From the NCBI GenBank assembly GCA_017461425.1, contig JAFTXY010000010.1, positions 1-49,709 on the forward strand: a stretch of DNA of 49,709 nt, written 5' to 3'. This document shows, one piece after another, positions 8,626-18,044 of this stretch; the first letter of the stretch is position 1; each line of letters begins with the position of its first letter. The DNA comes from Candidatus Gastranaerophilales bacterium (GTDB lineage: Bacteria; Cyanobacteriota; Vampirovibrionia; Gastranaerophilales; Gastranaerophilaceae). Below the pieces are notes generated by a model. That model ran no database searches. It was given only the letters and a program-made list of their open reading frames with translations, and was not told the origin of the DNA. The position numbers were made by a program, and so were the translations under genes.

Positions 8626-11600
8626 TATCCTCAAAGTTTAATTTAGGTAAGCTTTTGACGATTTTTACTGTCGCTACAGACAATGAAATTACACTCAGGA
8701 GCAGGTCAAGTATGTATCTCGGTTTTCCGTGTTCTTCTGCCCAGTCATTCGGGTCATTCTTAATTTGACTGTCTTTGTTTATAGTTACTTGATAACGATC
8801 CATTACCCATTCAATAGCACTCTTACCATTTACCACATAGTCATAAGCAACTTCAGGTATATTTGTTATTCTGATATACGGATTATAAATAATTTCAGAC
8901 TTGTCTTCCTTACTTTTGAATCGCATTTTATCAACAGTAAATATTCCGCTTTCTTCTCCAATTACTTTTACTGTTGCAAGAGGAGCTTGGTCTTCATAGT
9001 TTAGATGTAATTTTGCCAAATCTCTGCCTGCATTAGAGAATGCCCAAAAATCTTCTACTTTATCAACCAATGGAATTCTTGGAAGCATTTTCTTTAAATC
9101 GGCAGCAAACTTGGTTCGATAATCTTCACTATGCAAGATGCCGTAAACATAATAGAAAATATCTTCTTTTGTTACCTTATGACCATATTTTTCTTTAGCA
9201 AGATTATGTATGAAGTCTGTTATACCGTCATGACGAATATATTTATCATTGTCTTCTTCTTGGTTTCCGAATAAAGATTGTTGTTGTGAGTTCTTCTTCT
9301 CATTTTCTTCATACCAATATAGAGGAAAACTCTGTGATTTTTCTATCATATCTAAACAAGGAATACTATTAACTATTAATGAAGAAAAATCCTTATTAGA
9401 CCCTGTTCCTGAAATGGAAATACAAATATTCTCATGCTTATTTGTTGGGAATATTTTGGGTAATTGATAAAGCATTTCATTAAAAGAATTATCTATATAA
9501 CCATTTTGTTTCACAAAGGGTCTATAAATACCTTCATATATTTTGTCAGGGTTAAATCGGCATTCTTTATTCAATTTTAGGCTATTTTTTAATGCTCTTG
9601 ACCAACTGATTTTTGTACTATCAGTATTTATAAATTCTTCAACTTCAATTTCTCTATTGTTTAAATAATCAATTCTTTGCGAATTATAGAAATTTATAGT
9701 ATTTTGCATGTTAATTATTAATTGTTCTTTTGAAGAATTGTAACACCAAGCATCACGACTAGTTACAACACCCCCCGAATATATAGAGAAAAATTTATTT
9801 TTATTTGTAGCATCTTTATCACCTATTGTCGGATATGTTCCAAATAAATCACTTCTCTGATTTAACCAATCATTGTGTTCATTTGGTTTAAGCATTGTTG
9901 GTTCAAATTTTGGCGATAATACAGAACCAACATTTTTAACTATATCAAGTTTTTCTTCTCTTGATAAATAATCACCTATATCATGGTAATATATTGTTAC
10001 TTTTTCTTTTTTGTCATTAGGATTCTTTACAAGTAAAGTTATTGATATAGGTGTTCTGCTACCCTCACCAAAGACATTACCTTTTTCTTTCCTTCTTTGT
10101 TCTCCTGATGTTCTTGCATTACCTCTTAAATTATATACATAAACAGAAGAAAATTCAGTCTCTAAACAATGTCGGAAGCCATCCATACCATTTGAATCCA
10201 ACCAACTACCATTAGATACATAGCAAATAATTCCGCCATTTGAATTTAACCTATCAGATGCCCATCTAAATGCTTTAATATAACTATCGTATAGTCCTTT
10301 ATTTAGAGTTGCATTAGAGTACCTAACATATGTTTCTGAAATCTTGGAATCTAATTTTTCATATTTTTGATTTTTTGCATTATCATTTTCTGACTTTTGA
10401 CCGATTGAATATGGTGGATTACCTACAATAACTGTAATAGGAGTCTCTTTTTGTTTTCGTACTCGTTTTACGTTACGAGGGAAGAATTCTGACGGTATCT
10501 TTTGTTGGTCTTCTTCTCCAAGTTGGAAAGTATCCGTTAAACATATACCCTCAAAGTTTTGGTATTCTCCTTCTTTAGCTCCGATTAAATCATGGTATGT
10601 GTTTTCAATGTTTATGGACGCTATATAATATGCTAACAGGACTATTTCGTTTGCATGAAGTTCCTCTTCATATTTACGTTTTAGGTCTTCTTTTTTAATA
10701 CGTCCTGACTGAAGTAGTCTTGTAATAAAAGTACCAGTACCCGTGAACGGGTCAAGGATATGCACATTTTTATCTGATATATCTCTGTTGAATTCTTTTT
10801 TCAGTACGTCAGCTACAGAGTTGATAATAAAATCAACAACTTCAACAGGAGTATAGACTATGCCCAGTTTCTCAACTACTTTAGGGAGTGCCGTTTTGAA
10901 GAATTTGTCATACAATTCAATAATGACTTTTTGCTTACCCTCAGCATTATCTATACCTTCGCAACGTTGTCTTACGTCAGCGTAGAATTTTTCTAAGGTT
11001 TCAGTTTCTTTATCAATAGCGTTTTCGTCAAGTATATCAAGAATTTTCTGCATAGCTATTGAAACAGAGTTATTACCGATAAAGGAATAATTTTCAAACA
11101 GAGCTTCAAATACAGGACGTGTGATAATATGCTGAGCTAACATTTCAATAGCTTCTTCCTGCATAATGTACGGGTTAATATTTGTATGCAGACCGTCCAT
11201 AAATTCTTTGAAATCGGCTTTGTATTTTTCGTCTGCTACAATACGGGTAATTCTATCCACGTGTCTTTGTGCAATCTGAGCTATATCTTTTGCCCACTGT
11301 TCCCAGTATTTACGGCTTCCGACTTTTTGAACCATACGGGCATATATTACACTTTGAAGTTCCCCAAATTGCATGGTCAGTTGTTTTACGACATTATCAG
11401 AGAGCTTCTCTTCAACACGTTCACGTTTATTTGTAGCAGAGTCTTTAGCTCCACCATCGTCTTCATGTCTAGGGACGCCACCGACAATAACAGTGCCATT
11501 GTCATTCGGGTTCTTTTTATTAAGGTCAATCTTATTTATCATAGCATTGAACCTGTCATCGTGTGCTCTAAGTGCGTTCAAGACAGTCCAAACAACTTTA

Positions 11601-13531
11601 AAGTTATCATTCTTATCAAGAGCTTCTTCGGGTTTAACATTTAAAGGTACTGCAACAGGAATGATAATGTATCCGTATTTTTTACCCTGAGCACGTCTCA
11701 TAACACGTCCTACGGATTGTACAACATCAACCTGTGAATTTCTTGCTGATAAAAACATAACTGCATCCAAAGATGGAACATCCACACCTTCAGAAAGACA
11801 GCGTACATTAGTAAGAATTCTACATTCTTTGCCATCTGTAGGTGCGTGTTTTAACCAAGAAAGTTTTTCATCTCTCATAGAAGCTCCCATCCCACCATCA
11901 ACGTGGTCTGCTTCTACGTTTACAACTTCATTACGTTCTTCTTCAGATAAGCTTTCATAGTAGCTTTCTGAGTGTGTATTAAAGATATTTTTAATTTTTT
12001 GAGATGCTTTAATATTAGGACAAAATGCTACTGCTGTGTGCATAGGGTTAGGGTCAGTTGCACTCAATAATTCAGCTTCATTTTCTTGTCCTGCATATTT
12101 AATCATGCGTTTTGATAAAGCATTTATACAACCTATAAGCTTTGTTGCATCATCTGTATTAATTTCATACTCAGGATTAGAAATTGCTTTTTGCAAGGTA
12201 TCAGGTACTTGGTCGTCAGTCAAAGTTAATACAAGTACTTTGTAATCAGATAACAGGTTATTTTGTACTGCTTCCCCAAATCCTATACGATAAATTTCTT
12301 CTCCATATAATCCTTCATCATCCATAGAACAGAGAATACAGTTATTATCTGTAGCTTTTTGTTTTGCATTATCATCGTATAACCTAGGGGTAGCCGTCAT
12401 ATATAAACGTTTTTTAGACTTAATTATCTGATTATCATGAACTTTAGTAAAAGCAGACTCTTCTTTATTACCTGCAAGAATAACACCTGTTGTACGGTGT
12501 GCTTCATCGCATATAATTAAGTCAAATTCTGCTTTATCTCCAAATTCAGATATAAGTTCTGCCTGAGCTTTAGCAATAACATCTATTGACTGATATGTAG
12601 AGAATACAACAGTCATTCCTTCTTTTTTAGTCGCCTGTATCCACTTGAATTGTTTAACAATGTTATGAACATTAGTTGATGCAGGAAGTGCTAAATCCGT
12701 TACTGAGGTTAGGTTATCATCAGTTTCATTCTTTGAAGTTTTCTTACTTGCTGTAGGGTCAGAACATATACAGATGGCATTTAACTTTTCTTCTGCTTCA
12801 GAATACCATTCATTAAGAGTTTGTCCTAAAAGTGCTATTGACGGTACTAAAAAAAGTATAAGTCCTTTTCCCCCTGTTTCATTTTCTGCAATTTTCAAAG
12901 AAGTATATGTCTTACCTGTACCGCAAGCCATAATGAGTTTACCTCTATTTTTTGTTTTAAAATATTCATGGGTATCATTTATAGCTTTGAGCTGATGTTT
13001 CATTGGAGTCTTCTTTTTAGCACGTGCTCCACTTCCTGATATTCCCTCATCAAGTTTATCCCAATCAACAGGAGACTCTTCAAGTTCTAATAAACTTAAT
13101 CTCGATACAGGTGGGTCTTGGTTTTTAATAGTATTTTCAGCTTCAGAGTTCCATTTATTAGTAGTTGAAATCCAAAGTCTATGAGTGAACTTTTGTTGAG
13201 TTCCGTTTTCATCAAAGAAAATTTTACTTGAAGTTGCAAGGAATGTATCTACATCGGGTTTTGTTATACGGTTATTTTCTTGAAAACATTTGCATTGAAC
13301 TGCCCAGTATTCATCTTTGTATGTTTTAACAACAATATCAATACCTATATCTTTTCCGCCAAAATCACTTCTATATGGAAATTCATTCCACAGCCAAACT
13401 TCTTTCAACTCTGAAGTATAACGAGGGTCTGTTTTTAGGTATGCTTGCATAAGTCTTTCAAAACGTGTACCTTTATCACGTTCAGAAAATGCTATCTTTC
13501 TATACTTTTCTAATATCTGTTCAAATCCCAT
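8609..13531 (-). CDS. Type ISP-like single-polypeptide restriction-modification enzyme, 1640 aa: N-terminal Mrr-like PD-(D/E)xK nuclease, SF2 DEAH translocase, gamma-class N6-adenine methyltransferase, C-terminal target-recognition domain.
   Basis: DIGIDIVV...YWAVQCK (Mrr-cat). Walker A MACGTGKTYT, DEAH box LIICDEAHR, motif III MTATP, motif VI QSVGRVMRR. MTase motif I ILDPFTGTGTF and motif IV VIVGNPPYS. Same domain order as LlaGI/LlaBIII. Confidence 0.8.
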   Translation of the reverse strand: MGFEQILEKYRKIAFSERDKGTRFERLMQAYLKTDPRYTSELKEVWLWNEFPYRSDFGGKDIGIDIVVKTYKDEYWAVQCKCFQENNRITKPDVDTFLATSSKIFFDENGTQQKFTHRLWISTTNKWNSEAENTIKNQDPPVSRLSLLELEESPVDWDKLDEGISGSGARAKKKTPMKHQLKAINDTHEYFKTKNRGKLIMACGTGKTYTSLKIAENETGGKGLILFLVPSIALLGQTLNEWYSEAEEKLNAICICSDPTASKKTSKNETDDNLTSVTDLALPASTNVHNIVKQFKWIQATKKEGMTVVFSTYQSIDVIAKAQAELISEFGDKAEFDLIICDEAHRTTGVILAGNKEESAFTKVHDNQIIKSKKRLYMTATPRLYDDNAKQKATDNNCILCSMDDEGLYGEEIYRIGFGEAVQNNLLSDYKVLVLTLTDDQVPDTLQKAISNPEYEINTDDATKLIGCINALSKRMIKYAGQENEAELLSATDPNPMHTAVAFCPNIKASQKIKNIFNTHSESYYESLSEEERNEVVNVEADHVDGGMGASMRDEKLSWLKHAPTDGKECRILTNVRCLSEGVDVPSLDAVMFLSARNSQVDVVQSVGRVMRRAQGKKYGYIIIPVAVPLNVKPEEALDKNDNFKVVWTVLNALRAHDDRFNAMINKIDLNKKNPNDNGTVIVGGVPRHEDDGGAKDSATNKRERVEEKLSDNVVKQLTMQFGELQSVIYARMVQKVGSRKYWEQWAKDIAQIAQRHVDRITRIVADEKYKADFKEFMDGLHTNINPYIMQEEAIEMLAQHIITRPVFEALFENYSFIGNNSVSIAMQKILDILDENAIDKETETLEKFYADVRQRCEGIDNAEGKQKVIIELYDKFFKTALPKVVEKLGIVYTPVEVVDFIINSVADVLKKEFNRDISDKNVHILDPFTGTGTFITRLLQSGRIKKEDLKRKYEEELHANEIVLLAYYIASINIENTYHDLIGAKEGEYQNFEGICLTDTFQLGEEDQQKIPSEFFPRNVKRVRKQKETPITVIVGNPPYSIGQKSENDNAKNQKYEKLDSKISETYVRYSNATLNKGLYDSYIKAFRWASDRLNSNGGIICYVSNGSWLDSNGMDGFRHCLETEFSSVYVYNLRGNARTSGEQRRKEKGNVFGEGSRTPISITLLVKNPNDKKEKVTIYYHDIGDYLSREEKLDIVKNVGSVLSPKFEPTMLKPNEHNDWLNQRSDLFGTYPTIGDKDATNKNKFFSIYSGGVVTSRDAWCYNSSKEQLIINMQNTINFYNSQRIDYLNNREIEVEEFINTDSTKISWSRALKNSLKLNKECRFNPDKIYEGIYRPFVKQNGYIDNSFNEMLYQLPKIFPTNKHENICISISGTGSNKDFSSLIVNSIPCLDMIEKSQSFPLYWYEENEKKNSQQQSLFGNQEEDNDKYIRHDGITDFIHNLAKEKYGHKVTKEDIFYYVYGILHSEDYRTKFAADLKKMLPRIPLVDKVEDFWAFSNAGRDLAKLHLNYEDQAPLATVKVIGEESGIFTVDKMRFKSKEDKSEIIYNPYIRITNIPEVAYDYVVNGKSAIEWVMDRYQVTINKDSQIKNDPNDWAEEHGKPRYILDLLLSVISLSVATVKIVKSLPKLNFEDNVNAN

Positions 13532-13536
13532 GTATA

Positions 13537-15000
13537 TTACCCCTCTTCAGTTTCCAGTTTCTTGTAAAATTCTACAACTTCTTTATTTGCTACAATTTTG
13601 TTATGGTCAAACCCTCTTATAATAAGTCCATCAAGAGTTCTCGTTCTACTCAATGCTACGTATGCTTGTCCGTAATCAAATATCCTATTGAAATTGACCA
13701 CCAATTTATCAAATGTCATCCCCTGAGACTTATGTATAGTTATACCATAAGCAAGACGTAAAGGGTATTGTGTCCGCTTAATCTTAGTACGTCCTTCTTT
13801 TATGTATTCAAATTCTACAGGAAGTAAATTTGCACGTACCCCATTATCAAACTGTATATCAATAGAACCACCTGTCAGCTGTTTAACTGTACCGCAACTT
13901 CCATTTGCTAATCCTTTTTTAACGTCAATATTCTTTAGAAGCATTACCCTACAACCTTCTTTAAGTTCTAGTTTTTCAGGAGCTTTACAGTCATCATTAA
14001 ACTTCTTTAATGCCATTAAATCATACTTATTAACATTCTTATTGGTTATGTCTTTAGTATTCAATACTGTTACAGATTGCTCTCCAACATCATTGTAAAT
14101 ATAAAGTTCATCTTTAGCTTCATAAGTATAAGGTCTTTCAGGTATCTCATTAAAACACTTATCATTATAGGCATCTGCATCAGCATTAGTTCCAAATATC
14201 TGAAGAATGTCTCTTGATGCTTCATATTCAGGCTCGACATCTCTTTTGTAAAATACTTTCAGGTCTTCAGCACTTGTTTTATCTATACGAACATTATTTA
14301 ATGCTTCTGAAAGTTCTTTCTCTGACTGACGTTTTACCTCTTTTAAAACAACAGGTTTTAAATTTAAGTCATTCCATGTCTGACTATTGAAGCAGAAGTC
14401 TTTTCCGTCTTCTTTCATGCGCACAGGAGGTAATTGAAAGAAATCACCAAATATGAGAACCTGAATACCACCAAAAGGTTTATCATTTTCTCGTATTGCT
14501 TTTAGAACCTCATTAACATAATCAAAGGTAATATTATCTAACATAGATATTTCATCAATAGCAAGCATTTCACAACATAGTAAAGTTTTATACAATGTAG
14601 GTTTTCTACGTATTTTACTAACAACATCTTCGACTGGTTTCTCAGCAAGTCCTATTCCTGCCCAAGAATGAAGAGTCTGTCCATTAACATTAATAGCAGA
14701 TATTCCAGTCGTACTTGTTATATGTAGCTTCTTATCATACTTTTCTTTAAGCTTATTTAGGGTATACGACTTCCCAACTCCAGCACCACCTGTAATGAAG
14801 ACATTATACCCACTATCTATAAGTGAAAGGATTTTTTTTATATTAACATCCTTAGGTTCTTCTATAGGTGTATTTATGTTGTTATCTATTCTATTTTTAT
14901 TACGAAGCCATGAGAACATAGTCTTATTATAGTATAAGAAAGCATCTTCTGTAACTTTGTTAAGTTTTATATTCGCTCTTATAATAGCAGGCAAATACAT
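13537..15000 (-). CDS. PIF1/RecD-like SF1 DNA helicase (AAA_30 + UvrD_C-like), 487 aa. First gene of the operon.
   Basis: Walker A ITGGAGVGKS. Motifs LAIDEISM, GDFFQLPPV, AYGITIHKSQGMTFDKL, YVALSRTRTLDGL. Its stop is 5 nt from the next start, and the RBS of the next gene overlaps its stop. Confidence 0.75.
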   Translation of the reverse strand: MYLPAIIRANIKLNKVTEDAFLYYNKTMFSWLRNKNRIDNNINTPIEEPKDVNIKKILSLIDSGYNVFITGGAGVGKSYTLNKLKEKYDKKLHITSTTGISAINVNGQTLHSWAGIGLAEKPVEDVVSKIRRKPTLYKTLLCCEMLAIDEISMLDNITFDYVNEVLKAIRENDKPFGGIQVLIFGDFFQLPPVRMKEDGKDFCFNSQTWNDLNLKPVVLKEVKRQSEKELSEALNNVRIDKTSAEDLKVFYKRDVEPEYEASRDILQIFGTNADADAYNDKCFNEIPERPYTYEAKDELYIYNDVGEQSVTVLNTKDITNKNVNKYDLMALKKFNDDCKAPEKLELKEGCRVMLLKNIDVKKGLANGSCGTVKQLTGGSIDIQFDNGVRANLLPVEFEYIKEGRTKIKRTQYPLRLAYGITIHKSQGMTFDKLVVNFNRIFDYGQAYVALSRTRTLDGLIIRGFDHNKIVANKEVVEFYKKLETEEG

Positions 15001-15428
15001 TTTGAATGCATATCAACAACAACACATACTATCAGTATGTAGTTCGTCGCAGGCTCCTCACTCCATATTTTAAGTACTTGTCTTTGCAGAGACACACTCT
15101 TAATTTCTTTATCTTCTCCTATTATTTTCGCTTTAAAAATTTTTACTTTTTATGATAATTATTTTTATATAAATCTCTATATAAACAGACTAAACAACAA
15201 TAGCAATAGAGTTTTGACATTTATTAATACAACAAAAAATATTAAAATTTATATAGCAATAGATATTAAGAGACACATTCAAGACCAAGTATTCTCCTAA
15301 TATTATAATAGGTTTGCATACTACGTTTGATAATAACAACTAGATTTTTATAGGTAAATCTACCTTTATCAGGTAATTCTATTGGCATTTTGTCTTCCCC
15401 TAAAGGTTCTAAAATCATCCAATCTCCA

Positions 15429-15564
15429 GCCCCATATATCAAAATCAACTCCCCTATTGGGAGTTTTTTGTTGGTCGCCCTCGGGAGCAACCGCTCCGCT
15501 TTTGCCCTCTTGAAAAATGCTCAATGGTTCGCATTTTTCTGCGGCAGAGTCATCAGGCGCCCCA
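15429..15564 (+). repeat. att-like repeat copy C: partial tRNA-His 3' end + D (T6 variant, aaccgctcc SNP) + S + tRNA 3' end (catcaggcgcccca).
   Basis: Near-identical to 6351-6487. Marks the boundary between island 1 and island 2. Confidence 0.8.
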
Positions 15565-15586
15565 TTACAATAAAAATTACAATAAG

Positions 15587-15610
15587 AGTTGCAATAATTA
15601 TTGCAACTCT
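15587..15610. promoter_or_regulatory. Perfect 24-bp palindrome gagttgcaataattattgcaactc between att copy C and the 675-aa gene. Candidate operator/recombination site.
   Basis: Perfect dyad. Preceded by tacaataa direct repeats. Confidence 0.3.
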
Positions 15611-15644
15611 TTTGTGTTATTATTAGGCAAAAGGAGTCTTTTTT

Positions 15645-17672
15645 ATGAGTGAAAACATGGTGTCTGCAATAATAGTTGTAATAGTAATTGGGGTAATTTT
15701 GTATCAAGTCTTTTCTTCAAAACAAAAAGAAGAATCTACACCAAAGAATGTTGTTTCAGATAAATTACAAGCATTGTTTGATATGTCACCAAACGATTTT
15801 GCAACTAAAATTTTAGCATCAAAAATTGGTGATTTTTCATCACCCATAACAAAACACCTAAACCTGCCTGAAAGTACTGTAAAAGAGGTTATACATTCTG
15901 CACCTAAATATATGTTTGAATTTAGTATGCTAATTTTATATTTTGCATATGCAGTTTCAAAATCTCGTAACAAAGAAATATCTTATAGTAACTTACTAAA
16001 CTTTGCTACAAAATCTGCTATTTCAGGTATGGGAATGCTTGCATTTGGAATAGACAAAAGAATCTATGATAACTTTGAACCCGTGTTTAAAAATCGTATG
16101 GAATTGTATAACAATAAATCAAATTCTCAAATTAAAAATATTTTATGCAATCTATGCTTTGAAGAAATAAAAGAGGGCAAACCTGTAATTAAAAAAGAAG
16201 TAACTGATAATACAATTAGTGGTATGCCTTTATTTATAGACCATTTGAACAATGTTTTTGCAGGGAATGAATTGTATGTTTTTTCTGAATTAGTATTTAT
16301 GTATATAGACCATAACAGAAAATTATTCGAAACATCAGAAGAAGATACTTCTAACGAATCAGAACACATAGAAACACTAATGTATGATATCGATAGACCT
16401 GAACCTTCGCAGTTCTTTGTAGATACAAGGAAATTAGTAGGAAATTGGTTACAGCAAAGAATGAATCAAATAGATGGAACTCGTTGGATAAAAGGTTATT
16501 TGACTTATCCTGCATTTGAACACCTATCTTTTTCCTATAAAAATCAAATATTTTGTGTAGTTGTAGATATTATTGATGAAAATACAAAAGAATCTTGTTT
16601 GCCTGAAGAAACTAAAAGTTTGCTAATCAATGAATGTAAAAAAAATAATTTAATTCCATGTTTATACAAAGTTTTAGTCGATAATCCTAAAAATCCTGCA
16701 TACAATACACTCAAACAATATAGCGATGGTTGGAATTTATTTGATGCAAGAACAAATGAACCGGTTATTCCTGAAAGGTTAGGAACAGACGATTTTGTAG
16801 AAATGTCTGAATGGGAATTAAACGATTTTGCTATTCAAATTGTAAGAGATTACATAACAGATAATCTAAAATTAAAAATTCTATCCTATCAAAATATTGT
16901 GGGTGTTGACCCACAACTTTGGTTTATGGATGACAATCGTAAAAAAAACTATGTAATTGTAAGGTACACTATGTATCCTAATAAAGATGTTAAAATGCCA
17001 AATAACATTTCAGGTATTCAAAATAAATGTAAAGGTTATGATGGTTTTTTTGCAAGTGTTGCATTTTGCTCAAAAGGAGAAAATCCTTCAATGTTATATA
17101 GAGGTCAAGAATCTTATATTTCCTTTGACGGTTTAAAGAAATTAGAACCTTTAAAAGAAATTCCAACATTACCATTAGAAGAATTTGCATTAAAAATTTC
17201 TGCAAAAGTTGCAAATACTTTTATAAAATTTAATTTAAAAAATTTAACCGAAGATGAAAGATTAGATTATTTATATATGTATTCAACTGAATTGTTACTC
17301 TGCATATACTCTAATTTAATAGTTGAAAGAAATACAAGTGCAAATGAAAATAATTTATTCCCGATATTTTTAGCATATTTAGAAAAAATGACACCCCCTA
17401 ATCATAGAAATTTAATTGATTGGACAAATGTTGTTATGAGTAGATGCAAAATTTATCGGCAAATGGTGAACTTGGATAAAGATACCTATAGTTTATATTT
17501 TACTAAACTTTGTCAGCACGAAATTATTAATGGAACTATCTATACATATGAATCAATAGAAAATATACCGACAACTTCGTATGATAGCAAGTTGAACCGT
17601 TTCTATGAGGAAATTACAAAGACAAATATAATTTATGATATAAAAAATAAACTAAAAAGTTATTTATCGTAA
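15645..17672 (+). CDS. Hypothetical membrane-anchored protein (N-terminal TM helix, 675 aa). Sole cargo of the island bounded by att copies C and D.
   Basis: AGGAG RBS. Hydrophobic segment AIIVVIVIGVILYQVF at the N-terminus. No recognised catalytic motif. Confidence 0.6.
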   Translation: MSENMVSAIIVVIVIGVILYQVFSSKQKEESTPKNVVSDKLQALFDMSPNDFATKILASKIGDFSSPITKHLNLPESTVKEVIHSAPKYMFEFSMLILYFAYAVSKSRNKEISYSNLLNFATKSAISGMGMLAFGIDKRIYDNFEPVFKNRMELYNNKSNSQIKNILCNLCFEEIKEGKPVIKKEVTDNTISGMPLFIDHLNNVFAGNELYVFSELVFMYIDHNRKLFETSEEDTSNESEHIETLMYDIDRPEPSQFFVDTRKLVGNWLQQRMNQIDGTRWIKGYLTYPAFEHLSFSYKNQIFCVVVDIIDENTKESCLPEETKSLLINECKKNNLIPCLYKVLVDNPKNPAYNTLKQYSDGWNLFDARTNEPVIPERLGTDDFVEMSEWELNDFAIQIVRDYITDNLKLKILSYQNIVGVDPQLWFMDDNRKKNYVIVRYTMYPNKDVKMPNNISGIQNKCKGYDGFFASVAFCSKGENPSMLYRGQESYISFDGLKKLEPLKEIPTLPLEEFALKISAKVANTFIKFNLKNLTEDERLDYLYMYSTELLLCIYSNLIVERNTSANENNLFPIFLAYLEKMTPPNHRNLIDWTNVVMSRCKIYRQMVNLDKDTYSLYFTKLCQHEIINGTIYTYESIENIPTTSYDSKLNRFYEEITKTNIIYDIKNKLKSYLS

Positions 17673-17945
17673 AATCACTTTTGAAAAACTTTGCAGATAA
17701 AAAATCAAAGTGAATATTAGAAATTTTTCAAATTTAAGCACACCACTTCTCTATGTTAGATATAACCTCTGTTTCATGTAAACACAATTGAGTAAATTCG
17801 GCATAATTGGGTTTGCGTCTTGTCCCATTACTCGCTCCATTAAATAGACTCCTTTAGAGAGTCTATTTTAGTATGGGAATCGAACCGTTGTTTTCGCTTT
17901 GCTGCAACAATGGTTCTCCCCCTCAGAAAACGTGCCACCGGCACC

Positions 17946-18035
17946 TTTTCTGCGGCAGAGTCATCAGGCGCCCCATATATCAAAATCAACTCCCCTATTG
18001 GGAGTTTTTTGTTGGTCGCCCTCGGGAGCAATCGC
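17946..18035 (+). repeat. att-like repeat copy D: partial S + tRNA-His 3' end + 60 nt of D (T6 variant).
   Basis: Identical to the corresponding parts of copies A and C. Diverges at 18036. Confidence 0.8.
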
Positions 18036-18044
18036 ATCAAACAA

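Noticed and set aside
3997-12995. Numerous 60-150-aa ORFs antisense to or nested in large genes (e.g. 3997..4266, 8729..9004, 11186..11644, 11373..11690, 12036..12245, 12774..12995)
   Set aside because: Entirely contained within well-supported longer CDSs on the opposite strand. Low-complexity, Leu/Phe/Ile-rich translations typical of AT-rich antisense frames.
15266-15707. Track ORFs 15266..15490 (-), 15369..15707 (-) and 15390..15626 (+)
   Set aside because: All are generated by att repeat copy C. The shared peptide LPRATNKKLPIGELILIYGA also appears in ORF 17840..18100 purely because of the repeat. They have no RBS and no coding signal.
17868-17925. Possible tRNA fragment (atcgaacc / ggttcgat T-loop-like sequence)
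   Set aside because: No T-stem, acceptor or anticodon arm can be folded on either strand. Treated as a chance match or highly degraded remnant.
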